In this document: in pieces, positions 1 through 12,897 of the stretch
Layout: each line of letters starts with the position of its first letter
How positions within the stretch are numbered: the first letter of the stretch is position 1
DNA from: Harriotta raleighana
Taxonomy: Eukaryota
DNA length: 64,000 bases
Reading direction: 5' to 3'
Assembly (NCBI GenBank): GCA_050575255.1
Contig: JBNZDD010013730.1
Span: forward strand, 1,350,559 to 1,414,558
Notes under the pieces: model-generated
Seen by the model: the letters and a program-made list of their open reading frames with translations, nothing else
Database searches by the model: none
What the model was told of the DNA's origin: nothing
Position numbers and translations under genes: made by a program

Positions 1-144
1 AGAGTCTGCAACAGTGAACAACGATGGGATTGGTAGCAATTACAGATGATTTACCAATATTAAATATGATGATATAGTTACATAATACAACACCAAGAAC
101 TTTTTTGACTAATGTTGTAAAAGCAAACAGTGCACCTTATAATA

Positions 145-560
145 AAATAATCCTCGCATTTCATTCAGTGCTTTTCACGTCATCGAGACATCGCAGAGCT
201 TCGCAAGATATACTATAAAGCGGATTGAGTGTATTTCGTGAGTGAATCGCGGCAGCCAGTTGTGCACAGTAATGTCTTACAGAAGCTATGGAGTGAGTGA
301 CCACTCCTTATAAATTTCTAGGATTGTTGACCATGCCCAGTGAGAAACTCTCAGCACTTTCAGATCTTTAATGTCCACCTGAACACATTCAAATGACGGC
401 ATCTCCAACAATGCAACTGCTCCTCCACCGCCCCCCCCCAACCCGTCAGTACTGCATTGGAGTGTCATCTTAAAACTATGTGATTCCAAGTCCCAACTCA
501 TGGTTTGAACCCATAACGTGCTGACTCAAGAGGTAAGAGAACTACCACTGCGCCAGGCTC
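145..560 (-). mobile_element. Old DeuSINE-type SINE (SacSINE1/AmnSINE-like), near full length
   Basis: Minus strand shows a tRNA-like head, a Deu-like core (caggtggacattaaagatc) and a LINE-like tail; family assignment from memory. Confidence 0.65.
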
Positions 561-561
561 A

Positions 562-565
562 CTCA

Positions 566-599
<34 letters not shown>
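562..599. repeat. (CA)n microsatellite; others near 17645, 29041, 35811 and 45347
   Basis: Read directly from the sequence. Confidence 0.95.
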
Positions 600-600
<1 letters not shown>

Positions 601-2052
601 TCCTATTATGGTATAATATACAGACGTTGAGTTAGTTCCCTGCATGAGCAAACAACATAAATCACTTCAACACTTCAGGCTTAACCATGTGATATACAAA
701 CAACCATCTATTACTGTCTGCCACAACCAGCATCAACAAAGCCTGAAAATGGAAAGCATCAAACAAAGCAGAGAGAAATGAACTAAAAATGAAATACCAC
801 CTCCCCAAGGAATACACCTGTACAGATTTGATGTTACAGCACAGGCTAAATCATTTAAAGACCATACATTTTGGAAACTTGTCTCTTATTATATAATCAT
901 TTAAACCCCTGACTAAGTCTCAACTTCATAACATATGGAAGAACTGTTACTTCCCTTTCACTGATTTATTTAGATTATGGAACCTTCACCACAAATTTAT
1001 CAAGTGATAAACTTTAATCCATTCAGAGTGGATGTTTCCAACTGCATTCATTTATTTAAAAATATATATTTTTTTTTTAGCAACTTCCAGCAAATCAGTG
1101 GAAACTCAATGAAACTGTGGAATACGCACTCCACGGTAAAAGGTCACCATTAGAGCGATTTGAAAGAAAGAATTTCGGGCTCATAGCTGCGATAATAGGC
1201 TAACTTTTTGCTCTTCATTTACATAATCTGGGATGACAACACGAGATTCATCTCAGACATCAAATAATCTCCGTAGAATGCATTTAGACATATGTGTGTA
1301 AAGTCAAATGCAACAGTGTGTTGTAATTATTCTGAAATACATTACAGTATTACAATACTACACGTACATATATACAGTACAGTATTACAATGGTAAACAC
1401 TCAAAGTTGCAGCAAATGAGTCACTATTAGTAATTCATCAGTGTAGGCATTATTATGCTTGAGAGACCGCACTGCCCACTGACATCTGGTGTCACAGTTT
1501 CTGCAAGCAAAAAACGATGATAAACTCTTATCGAAATTAATTCCAAAGAATGCCTTGGGACACATTTTAAAAGCTGTAATGCCATCTTGCTTTACTTCTC
1601 GCAGTTGGGAACATCAAATAAATAAGTTAACACTGACTAGTTATGTTGCAACTTTGCCAGCTGCCAGCGTACAGTATTAGCCATAAAGCAGTCAAAGTCA
1701 GGTGTAACATAGACAGATGCAGGTTGAAAACAATAACAGCAGCAGCAAAATGTGGGACTGTGGGATAGAGTTTCCAGAGTGATATTGTCCAACCAATACT
1801 CTAAAAAGACGATTGGACCAGGAAGTTTTCCAACCGCCCACAAGTACAGGATACAGTCAATTCACTTTGCAGTATATTCTATGAAGTGCTTTGAGGTATC
1901 TCAAGGATGTGATAAGGCGTTATATGAAATGCAAGGATTATTATATTATTATGCCAACCATTATTTTGTCCTCTCTGTCTAGTACTATCCTTTTCTTGCA
2001 ATATATGTGGGACAAATAATAAAATATTCAGAATTGTACACTGATATTCTTA

Positions 2053-2187
<135 letters not shown>

Positions 2188-2535
2188 TTAAATGGAACAT
2201 TTGCAATTGATTGTCTACTCCTTCCAGAATCAAATTTCTATCATTTAAACCTACTACCGAACAAGTCAAAGTATTTTATTTTATTATTATATATAAGTAT
2301 TTAGTAACCTGCAGTTCTTAAAAGTTATTTAAGTTATTGAAATTTGGATGCTGAATTCAAAATGTTATATTGATCTTTAACGCAGTGCGAACACCTCATT
2401 GTATATTTATCTTGTGTACCTGTTTTAAAAGGTTTTATCATTGGTCATTTCAATCCACGACTGTTTGTGGGACACTGCTGAGCACAATTGGCTGCCACGT
2501 TTTGCCCACAAATGTACAGTCAATTCACTTTACAG

Positions 2536-3496
2536 CTACGATCTTACTCCCACTCCCCGGCTGGGAGCAGGGGGCCGGCTCGGCCTGGCCTGGGCCGTGG
2601 CTGGAGCCGGAGCCGGAGTCGGGCTGTGGGTGAGCCGGAGCCGCACAAACCTGACGACTCGACCCGAGGACCGGGGGCCGTGGAGCTGGAGAGGTGGGGA
2701 CACGGGGCTGAGCGGCGGGTACCGGGTGTTCGCAGCGGAGCAGGAGGAGGAGGGCCGGGAGCGCGCCCAGCATCCCAGTAACAAACGCATCGATGGCCTG
2801 GTTCCAGCCTTTTTGAAGATGATCCAGGCGGGCGGCGAGGACAGGGAGCAGTTGCTGGACTGTTGTTAATTGTTGTTGTTGCTTTTTCTATTATTGTTGC
2901 TTTTTTGTTTATTATTGTTGATGATGTTGTTGTTTGTTGTTAGTTTAATCCCCCCCTGCCCCCTCCCCCTCCTTATTCTTCTCCTTCCCTCTCTCCCTTT
3001 CCTCTCTTCCCTCCCTCTTCCCTCTTACCCCCTTTCTTCCTGGTTTTGCCTCCAACCCACCTTTCCCTCCCTCTTCCCCCTTGCCACTATTTCTTCCTCT
3101 TTGTCCTCCCTGATTTCCCCCTTATCCCCCTTTCTCCCCCCATTTTCCTCCCTGATTTTACCTCACCCGCTTTTCCCTCCGTCTCCCCCCTTTCCATCTT
3201 TTCCCCTTTCTACCCCANTGGCCAGGTTTAATATTTAATATTTTTTTAAATTAAAAATTATTTTAACACATACCATATTAATAATAGACTTTCATCCCTG
3301 GCCCCCTCACTTCCATGACTGTTTGTGGGACACTGCTGTGCGCAATTTAGCTGCTGCATTTCGCCCACAAATATACAGTCAATTTTTTCTACTTTCCTTC
3401 CCCCGAGCCCTCCCCCCCCACTTGACTGTACAGCGCCTTGGGACATCCTCCCGACGTGAAAGGCACTATATAAATAAAATTTTGATTGATTGATTG
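2536..3496 (+). mobile_element. Composite insertion nested inside a SINE
   Basis: The SINE breaks at ...cactttacag (2535) and resumes at atattctatgaagc (3497); the insert ends in an L2-type tail plus (GATT)n. Confidence 0.65.
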
Positions 3497-3778
3497 ATAT
3501 TCTATGAAGCGCTTTGACATGCCTAGAAGATGTGAGAAACTCTATATCAAATGCAAGGATTATTATTATAATTACAGTGGCTTATATCATGCACAGCATA
3601 CGTAAAAATATAGAAGCTCATGCGTAACACAATATTATATTTGTATGGAGCCTTTCACATCGGAAGGCCGTCCCAAGGCACTGGGATAATAAACTGAAGA
3701 TCCTTGTTCACACATGTATGAAATAACAACAACAACAAAATTACACGAGTTGACTAAGCACAAAAAGGACAAAGCTAC

Positions 3779-3931
3779 CTCTCGAAACACCCATATTGGG
3801 TCCCATCTTAAGTCGAGGGTGGATGTGTATGATCGTCTTCCACACTACATCACATGCAAAATGGCCCGGTATAAACTGCATCGTGGCTGCCAAGTAATCC
3901 CTGGGCTGGTAGCTGTCATCTGCTGAATAAT
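3779..3931 (-). CDS. SZT2: SZT2 coding exon 43
   Basis: ...[19 protein letters not shown]...[12 protein letters not shown]. Confidence 0.97.
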
Positions 3932-4584
3932 CTGCCAGTGAAATTTGTAGGGGAAAATGAGTAAAACGAAAATAACTTTAAAAGTCCTAGGAATTATGAA
4001 ATTCAGTTTATGCACAAGTAGCATTTTATAGAATGCATCTGCATGATTAAACTCAATCTATACTCCAGGTGAACGGCAATGCAAAGATGAACAAATTCAA
4101 CACCTAAAGTGGATCACTGTGTCTAAGGCCAGATGTCATTATCCATGAACCTGACGAAGTCTTACAAACTGAAGCAACCAAAACAGTTGCCTGACCTCTT
4201 TCTCAATCATAGAAAGGCATTAGAGTGTTAAAAAAATTAAAGCAATTTTTTTTTTAAAAGATTCAAAAAGTTTTCAGAAGTTCAGTCTTTCTCTTTACTT
4301 TTGATTGGCACTGACCACATTACTGAGATAATCTAGATTGTGAAAATAATTACAACAACAGCAAATAACAAAATCACATTTATGGAGCACCTTTCAGGTC
4401 AGGAGGAAGTCCCAAGGTGCTGAACAGTCAGCGGTCGGGACACGAGCTGCAGAGTTTTAGATGACCTGCAGCTTGTGAATGGAAGATTTCGGAAGGCCGA
4501 AGAGGAGGGAGTCTCCGTAGTGAAGCCTAAATGTGACGAATTATACAAAATCTGTCTGTGAGATGACTGAATAGTTATACCTAC

Positions 4585-4714
4585 CATCGTTAGTAATAGT
4601 CCTCTGGCGGTAGGAAGTGTATGGTGTTTCATTCTTCCAGATATCCTCCTCACTCTCAGCTACCAGCAGCGAATTACACACATGGCTGTCATGCAGGTCT
4701 TGCAGCAGCAAACG
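4585..4714 (-). CDS. SZT2: SZT2 coding exon 42
   Basis: [26 protein letters not shown]. Confidence 0.97.
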
Positions 4715-4929
4715 CTGTGAATGTTGGGGCCGGAGAGTAAATAAACAGGGAAGAGATGATTACTGACAGAGTGTATGGGGTGCTGCAGATTAACACGCCA
4801 AACAATCCAAACAGTACGCTTTCTGTTGCGATTATCAGTCAACTGGGTTGGACTTGTGATTGGAAAGCAAACACAATAGACATTTCTATTTCTGTCTAAT
4901 AACATGATGTCTTGTGGTATGAAGCATAC

Positions 4930-5047
4930 CTGGTTAACTACACGGCAGATCTCGCCAATTTTTTTAATGACTGTTCGATAGAGACACAAGTATTCTGGCT
5001 CTTCCTCTTCTTCGGCTACAAATTCATTCTTTGCTCCAATAAGATTC
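4930..5047 (-). CDS. SZT2: SZT2 coding exon 41
   Basis: ...VIKKIGEICRVVNQ. Confidence 0.94.
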
Positions 5048-5261
5048 CTAGAGACACAGTGAGATGAGAAATCATAAGGTACTGGGCTTCACCATTCTTG
5101 CTTGCTACATCCAATTATCAGAATACATATGCATATATATATATTATACACACACACAGACAAGGAGACGGATTTAATAACAGTATTTTTGAAACTCTGA
5201 CAAAACAGACAGAATTTGGCAGAGCTACCTTTAAACCACACAATGTTTAGCCTATACTGAC

Positions 5262-5400
5262 CGTGTGTGAGAATAAATTTCAACCCGGTCCTGGTGAATT
5301 TTAATGATCAACCAAAATTCAGGCATCAGAGGGCACTTGGGGTCTTGCTCATTCATTGTGGCTCCTTCACACTCGGAGTCACTGCTGCCGCCATCATAAC
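5262..5400 (-). CDS. SZT2: SZT2 coding exon 40
   Basis: YDGGSSDSECEG...MPEFWLIIKIHQDRVEIYSHT. Confidence 0.95.
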
Positions 5401-5559
5401 CTGTTTATGGAACAGAGAAAAGGATCAAAGGTCCATCGCACCCGAGATTCATCAACATTGCCTGAATTCCTTCAGAAGCTGAGGGAAGCAGGTTTTGAGC
5501 CCATTCCCGCCCTCCATGATCATATTGATAATCGTGGCATTTAAGATAATGCTCGATCA

Positions 5560-5835
5560 CAATCGATACCACTGATATTCAATTACTGTTGAGTATAGTG
5601 GCTGTGTATTATTTGTAGGGGAATGTGACAGCCAATTGCAGCACAGCAATATCCCACAAATAGACAGTGTATGAATTTAACTGGAGGATTATTGCCAAGA
5701 TACTGGGAGAAACTCCCATCATCTTTTTAAATAGTACCACGGGTTCTTTAACATCCACCTGAACAGGTGGACAAAATCTCAGATTAACGTCTTATCCAAA
5801 TACTGTAATGACACTTCCAACATTATACTGAAGTA
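5560..5835 (-). mobile_element. DeuSINE fragment
   Basis: Same core as the 145-560 and 6715-7125 copies. Confidence 0.6.
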
Positions 5836-5909
5836 TTCGTTCATTGACCATGGGAGACTGGCACTGTATTAAATGGCATTGCAAAAAATACTATTGTAGC
5901 CTCTCTGTA

Positions 5910-6255
5910 CAGTAAAACCCTGTTTATCCGTGACCCGATCAACCGGATTGCTCCCCCTCTCGGGGCAATTTCCCATTCCAGCAATCGCGAGCTTGCTTAC
6001 ATTGCGCATGTGTGCAATGCGTGTGCATGCGCACTTATTAAATTTACGAACCTGGGTTTTTACCCAAGTGTGCTGGAATGCTTTATTGGTAAGTATCCAT
6101 ACAATATTCTGTTACTATTTAGTGTATTATTAACATGGTATGTTTTAAAATAAGTAAATTTTTTACGTTGGGTTTTCAGCAACTTGTCCCCCGTTTATCC
6201 GGCACAGTCAATTAGTCGACACCCCCGAGCGTGCCAGATAAACGGGGTTTTACTG
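5910..6255. mobile_element. Tigger/pogo-like MITE
   Basis: TIRs CAGTAAAACCC..TTTATC / GATAAA..GGGTTTTACTG; TA on the left flank. Confidence 0.85.
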
Positions 6256-6387
6256 TGTATATTTTTGTTGATATGCCATTTTGTTTGCACTTCAATTATT
6301 AATGCATTTAAAAATATGAATTTTTTAAAAGTACAGTGGTTCATTCACAGAGAAGAAAATCTGGTTAAAAATAATATTGTTTCTCAC

Positions 6388-6462
6388 CTAAAAGATCTGA
6401 ATCCAGGCTGCCTTGACTGGAAACCACACTTTGAACCCGATTTGGTCTGTACTTGAGACTGC
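6388..6462 (-). CDS. SZT2: SZT2 coding exon 39
   Basis: ...SVVSSQGSLDSDLL. Confidence 0.93.
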   Translation of the reverse strand, partial: AVSSTDQIGFKVWFPVKAAWIQIF

Positions 6463-6714
6463 CTGAAAGCAGTGAGAGAAAAGTCAGGAGTATTTACACA
6501 TCACGGTTGAAAAGAATGAGAACGAGAGCCACAAATAGCAAGACATCGCAGACCAGCTGTGAACTTAAAACCATATTTCCTGTCTTCTGTGAATCGGGGA
6601 CAAGGTTAAAGGTACCAATTTTTTCAGTGAAAGACCAGATTCCAATCAATGATTCATCACATGGTCTGTCAGTGAACTGCAAACTTATCCAACAAAGGCC
6701 CAAACTGATGGGTA

Positions 6715-7125
6715 ATAATAATAATCCTTGCATTTGATAAAGCATCTTATCACGTCTCTAAGTGAAAAGACGCTAATTAAAAACAGGTGAAACACAGCGG
6801 TTGGTTGCACTCAGTAATGTTCCACAAACAGCCATGGAATGATTGACCAGTTATATTTGGGGGATTGCTGGCCAGGGCCCCCGAGGGAAACATCCTTCTC
6901 TTTATTTTTAATAGCACCCTAAGATCTTTAGCATCCACCTAAACAGGCAGATGGGATCTCAGTTAGTATCTCATTCAAAAAAACAGCAACTCCAACAATA
7001 CAATACCCCCCAGTACTGCACTGGAGTGTCTGTTTAGACGATGCAATTACAATACTCTACATTAGGTTTGCACCCACAACTTTATGAATCAGAGATGAGC
7101 GTGCGACCACTGAGCCGGACTGACA
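6715..7125 (-). mobile_element. Old DeuSINE-type SINE
   Basis: Tail, Deu core and head colinear with the 145-560 copy. Confidence 0.65.
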
Positions 7126-7456
7126 GTCGTGAACTCAAGCTTGTGAGCTAGATGGGAGTGGATTCCTCAATTGACAATTGTCTCATTTATACAACATTGG
7201 CAAAAGAGATCCTTTCCATTGATACCAGTCTCTTCTCTCCACTGTGAAGCGCTTTGACACGTCGATAAGATGTGAAAAGCGCTATATCAAATGCAAGGAT
7301 TATTATTGGTATTATTATTGTAATGTGCAAAAGTCAATATTCAAAATTCAAACTTGTCAATTAGTTCAAGAAGCCAACAGCCAAGCACTATTATAGCCAT
7401 CAAGTCACTACTTCTCACTTTAAAAATGTAAACTTTAAATGAAAATAGTGGCTTAC

Positions 7457-7766
7457 TTGTACTAGAAGGTACATTGGACTGCACAGACTCTGAGAGACTC
7501 AGAGGAGCAGAGTTTTGTGATGGTGGATTTGCTGTGTGCAGTTTCTCTGGCCCCGGGCTTGATTGTAACTGAGGTGTGCTCGTTTGTGATCGCTCAGACT
7601 TGATTACTGTAAATACACGTTCCAGTGGATCTACTTGGGCCGTGGGGAGACAAGTTTTCCCATCGACGCTCACTTCAACTGGTTCCACTGGCGCAAGACC
7701 TGTTCCATTTGCCAATACACCCCTCCCTAGTTTCTCTGAGGCTGGTTTAATTTCATCTTGGGCAAT
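7457..7766 (-). CDS. SZT2: SZT2 coding exon 38 (divergent, S/T/P-rich)
   Basis: Open frame IAQDEIKP...VPSST with ag/gtaagc; phase 0 to 1 bridges exons 37 and 39. Confidence 0.8.
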
Positions 7767-8163
7767 CTGTGAGAGATATAATGGGGGGAATTATCCACCA
7801 CTGCACAGTCATTATTCATTCCATAACCAATATTATCAATTTAAACAAATGCACAACTTTTAGATTGTGTCGAGGACACTAAAGGCACACTGTTCTAGAT
7901 AGGAAAATGTAACCAAAACAATGTTGGTTCACGCAAATTTCATATCATTTTCCTCCAGGTCTTCCTGCCATCATTCCTCAACTTTCCGTAACAGCATTTA
8001 ACGATCAGGAGCCAAAGAAATAAAATGTGAACAGGCCTCTCCCCAGGTTCACAGGAGGAAGGGAAAAGCAACAAATCAATGAAATGTACTTCAGCACCGG
8101 TCAAAATTTTTACAACCGTGAAATCATTCTGCTCTCCTCAACCTGCCCACATTGCTCAGTTAC

Positions 8164-8475
8164 CTGGGATTTCTCTTCATTTTGCTCTCCTTCATTCCCC
8201 AATGACAGCACAGTTGCTTCACAAGTGCTACTAATGTGTTTGTTGCCACTCTCCTGACGTTGATGGCAAATCAGAGCTACTTCAGCATCCACACTCTCGT
8301 CAGATTGAGCAGCCACGGTCACAAGCTCAGTTTCCAGTCTGTCTTGTACAAGCTTCGTGGATAGTTTCCGCGCTGTTTCGATTCTCTGTGCGTGCAGGCG
8401 GCTCACAGACACATAGTAGAAGTTATCTTCTTCATCATTCAGGAGATACCCTGGGAGATTCATTCGCTTAAACTC
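8164..8475 (-). CDS. SZT2: SZT2 coding exon 37
   Basis: EFKRMNLPGYLL...EEKSQ; CAG|gtaact donor. Confidence 0.88.
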
Positions 8476-8849
8476 CTTCAAATGGAAAGGAAAAACAAGT
8501 CACCTTCAGGACAAAATCACAAGGGCAATTAAGCAGTTCCTCATCTAACCAACTTTACCTCTGATCTGATAACAAAGACTCTGCGACTATGATATCGATT
8601 TTCATCAACTTAAACGTGATAGTGTTATATACTGAAGTAGTCAGGCCAACTGGAAACTTGAACAATGCACCAAGAATTGTCAAATAATTTTAATAGAAGA
8701 AAAAGAACTGAATAATGAGTGTAGATACATATGAGTCCAAATTCTGTTATTCCAGATTTGCTTCTTATAAAACAGCAATACTAGTTGAAGTACCTGAAGC
8801 CTATGCCTATTTACTTTAGTTGCCAATTAGATTGGTGTATATAATAAAG

Positions 8850-9167
8850 TAATAATAATCCTTGTATTTGATGTAGCGCTTTTCACTTCTTCTAGACGTC
8901 TCAAAGTGCTTCACAGAATATACTGTAAAGTGAATTGAATGTATTTTTGTGGCCGAAATGCGGCAGCCAATTGCGCACAGCAGCGTCCCCACAAACAGTT
9001 GTGGATTGAAATGACCAATTTATTATATATTTTAGGACGGATCATTATTAGGCGTGTGGGTGGAGTAAGGAAACTTGTCCAAGGTTTCACCCTGACCTGC
9101 CTCGATTCAAAACACAGGTCTCACACTTGTAAGGCGAGTGCTCTAACCACTGAACTGCAGGACTCCC
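8850..9167 (-). mobile_element. tRNA-derived SINE, full length
   Basis: Reverse complement of the 13942 family, including head and (TAT)n tail. Confidence 0.85.
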
Positions 9168-9194
9168 ACAATCTTTAACACTACAGTTTCTCAC

Positions 9195-9380
9195 CTCTTT
9201 AAATTTTTCCAGCGACTGGTCTGGACCGAAAACAAACTGTAATGGAACAACTTCACTGTGGCATCGTGGCCTGCCTTTTGACCTGTACACGTGGTCGGAT
9301 ATTTTCGTAAGAGTCGCCAAAGTAATGTTTGTTGAATGGCGCAGAGCAGAAACAATCTCATCTTCCAGGAGCCAGTGAAT
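9195..9380 (-). CDS. SZT2: SZT2 coding exon 36
   Basis: IHWLLEDEIVSALR...PLQFVFGPDQSLEKFKE. Confidence 0.96.
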
Positions 9381-10090
9381 CTAAGGAGCAGGCAGCAAAA
9401 ATGAGAGAACAATTGAGATGCCAATTATAAACAGAGGCTAGTTTAGAACAAATCCGCTACTTCCTTGAAACATACAGTGAAATAAAACTTCACGTTAAAC
9501 ATTTAAATGAATAAGCCATTATACTGCACTCCACTAGGTGGTCAAACGGATTGGAACTCCAAAGCTCAATATGCAGATTTAAAAAGCATGCCAGCTGCAA
9601 TTTTGATGGCTTGTTATCTTTTTGTTTGAAGCCTGGAAAAGTCATGGACTTACAGGTGGAGCTGATCAATTTTGTTTTAAAAGGATTCATTGCAAAAAAA
9701 AACCTTTACAGACTTCAACGAGCTCCTGCTTTGTGTGTTAAATCTAGAACTAATTTAAATTGGACCCTCATTGTTACACTAGCTGAGAGATGAAAAAAAC
9801 GCCATTCAGTTGATGGTAACCTGGCAGGATTCTGAGCATCAAATTTTACAATTTACAAACATCACAATTTAGTTTTTTTTTAAATAGTTGGGTGGAAACC
9901 TATTAGGAAATTCAGTACAGATTCTGACAAAAGCAAATGGAAGAGACCAAAACACTATTAAATTGCTCAAATTGATTGGCTGCATCATATTTCATTATAA
10001 CCAAAGACTGCTGTACTATGCTTGGTATACAGACAAAGGCTAGGATCATGCAAAGTAATTAACACAATGATTCCTATTTCAATACATTAC

Positions 10091-10169
10091 CTCATCCATT
10101 GTAGCCAGGACAGCCTGTTTGTGCAGAGTAGGCAGTTTTGATAGTGGATCAGATAGCACTTCTGAAATC
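10091..10169 (-). CDS. SZT2: SZT2 coding exon 35
   Basis: ...PLSKLPTLHKQAVLATMDE. Confidence 0.88.
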
Positions 10170-10831
10170 CTAAGATATACAACACAAATCTTCAGGGAGA
10201 GGTGACAAGACACCACTTCAACAGAATTAGAAATAAGAAAACTAAAACATATTTTTTGATAGAACAATCCCTTACATATGTGCATCTGTCTTGTACACCT
10301 TTCACGCCCTTTTAAATGCATTTATTTGAAGTCAAATAGATTGTTACTATTATAGTACATTCTAAATATCATTTCTTCAGAGAAGGGTAAGGTTTAAGGG
10401 GGAAAAATACTAAATGTTCAATATGACAAAGTCACCTTTCCCAGGTTGGGTTTTGTTCTCTTCATTCTTTATGTTAGGATACTATTTTGGGGGGATTGGG
10501 GCTGGTAAAGGTAGGGGAAAAAAAATAATAGCTATAACAGTGACAGTGCTGTGATAGTGCCTTTTGTTACAAGTTCATAAGAACATTTTGCACAACAGGG
10601 TCAGCTAGCATTTTTGAAAGCACACAGAATTCAATCTGCTAACTTCCAAGCATCTTTTCTGCCGGTGTTGTCAGAAACAAGATTGTAAAACAGGTTAGCT
10701 TTACATAGGCTTTATGTAATTGTAATAATATTGAAGCCTTTATTAGGTTTATATTATTGCCAAAGGAGCTTGTCCAATGATCCACACTAACCAAATAATT
10801 CACGTGAAAATGAGCCATTAGCACACAGTAC

Positions 10832-10948
10832 CTCTCATCGGTGGTCGAGACAAGCCGATCCATATTCTGCATGATATCATCGTCGGAGCGGTATGATGAC
10901 GGCTGTCCGGGCGACCGATTCATAGAGGTGCTACTGTCAGAGGTGTAT
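10832..10948 (-). CDS. SZT2: SZT2 coding exon 34
   Basis: YTSDSSTSMNRSPGQPSSYRSDD. Confidence 0.94.
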
Positions 10949-11238
10949 CTAGAGAGAGTGGGAGCATTTGCCAGGTGTAAACAACAACAACACAACAAAA
11001 TTACACTTGTATAGCGCCTTTCACGTCGGGAGGATGTCCCAAAGCGCTGAACAGTCAGGTCAGGACCTGAGCAGGGGGGGGGGGAGGGTCGGGGGTAGGG
11101 GGAGGGGGAAGGAGAGTGGTAGAGGGGGAAGAGTCAGGGGGGGGAGCCAAAGGCACAGTTGAAGAGGAGAGTAAACCACAATAACATAAGTGGAAATTTC
11201 AGAATTGACTGCCCTTGAGGCTTGTGACGTTGACTCAC

Positions 11239-11374
11239 CTGTGATGTGTTATTTGAGAAGTCATATCCTCAATCTCTAGTGGTAGAGTCAGTACAAAGAT
11301 GTCCAGAGTGATACTCAGGTCATTTAGATCGATAGATCTGACCGGAAAATTCTGTAGGCAGCCAATAATCTCAC
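11239..11374 (-). CDS. SZT2: SZT2 coding exon 33
   Basis: ...DLSITLDIFVLTLPLEIE...HH. Confidence 0.94.
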
Positions 11375-11680
11375 CTAAACAAAGACAGCGCAGCAGTTAA
11401 CAGTTAGTTCAATTCACTTAAGCCTTGATATGTGTGCAGCAAACACACTGGATGATGGCATTCAGTGTTTTAACAGCAGTAAAACGGGCAACTCATTCCC
11501 TTGACAGAGAAGCAAAGCTCTGCCAGGCTGGAAAGTGGTTCAAACTCATCCGCCAGAAACAGCATGCAACATATGTAAATTACAAAGAAGCGCAAAACAT
11601 TTTTTTTTTAAATTCTTTTTTACAAAAAAAACTTATGAAAAGCATCCCATCCATGTTTTATAGTTGTATTTTTCACTTAC

Positions 11681-11980
11681 CAAGACACGTGGGTAGTGAC
11701 TCCACTGGTATAGACTCCACTGGCAGGGATCCATGGGTTTTTTTCCCACTAAGTGAGCAGGTAAGGTGGATAAATAGTGGCGGCATTTCCTGATCAGTGA
11801 AGTCTTGCTCATTTAAAGAATCTCCCCCAAGCACACTGAATGAATCATCATCCCTGTTCACAGTGTTAGTGTCGGAGAGAGAATCTGCATCCAGGCAATC
11901 TTTGTCAGATAGTTTTTCCCGATATTCTACTTCTAGATCTGGATCGCTCTCAGTCACAATGCAACATCCAGATATATTGC
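11681..11980 (-). CDS. SZT2: SZT2 coding exon 32
   Basis: CCIVTESDPDLEVEYRE...PPLFIHLTCS...SLPTCL. Confidence 0.96.
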
Positions 11981-12815
11981 CTGTTGGGTTTCAGGAATAA
12001 AAGTTATAATCATTGTGGGTCTGACACAGTGACTGTCCAGCGCCTTTGGACGTCCTCCTGACATGAAAGATTCTATACAAGTGTAATTTTGTGGTTGTAA
12101 TATTGGAGAGGAGGAAATTTATCCAATCAAGGGATCAAAGCTTAAAAATTCAAAAAAGCCAGGCCAACAAAAGGAAGCCTTTCTGTTTCTTCGGAAACCC
12201 AAAGAACGGAGGATTCTATATAAACATACAGTGTGTGTGTATATACACTTGTTGGTTTGTTAACAGTCTCAATCTTAGTTGTGTCTTCAGCTCGGGTCTG
12301 AAGCAGTAACTGTCCAACACCTTGGGACATCCTCCTGACGTGAAAGGCGCTGTACAAATGTAATTTTGTTGCTGTTGTTGGAAAATCTAATCAAAGTAAA
12401 GTAATATGACACATTTCTTTCAACCTTGTTTTCTTCCAATTAATTCTATTCTTTATAACTTCAACTGAGTCCTAGAATCATCTCTCACGATTGATATCAT
12501 AAACCTACTTTTTCTGTTTTTAAGGTTTGAGGCCCATCACCGTGGCTTTACCAAAATTATTGAGTCAATTTTACATCAAATATGTGGAAGAAAAAAACAT
12601 GCATTTTGAAGAGAGGACAGGAATATTTGTTTTCAGGTTAGGCAGGATCTATCATTGATCAAATGCTGGCATGTTGCATTAGTTGAGAAAAAAATATACA
12701 TGAAAACCACTGAATCTCAACATATGAATGGATTAATAGCCCTTGTGCTAACATTCAAAATCCAACCAATGGTTGCCAATTATACAACACCAAGTAGCAA
12801 AGTCTAGTTCCTTAC

Positions 12816-12897
12816 CCTCTTCTCCAGTAATCTCCAACTCAGACAAATCATTGTCTTCATTCTGTTTTCGTTCTCGTTCCTCTTGAAGAATTTCTTC
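12816..12897 (-). CDS. SZT2: SZT2 coding exon 31
   Basis: EEILQEERERKQNEDNDLSELEITGEE. Confidence 0.88.

Noticed and set aside
2870-3238. Signal-peptide-like Leu-rich ORF
   Set aside because: Translation of (TTG)n and CT-rich tracts
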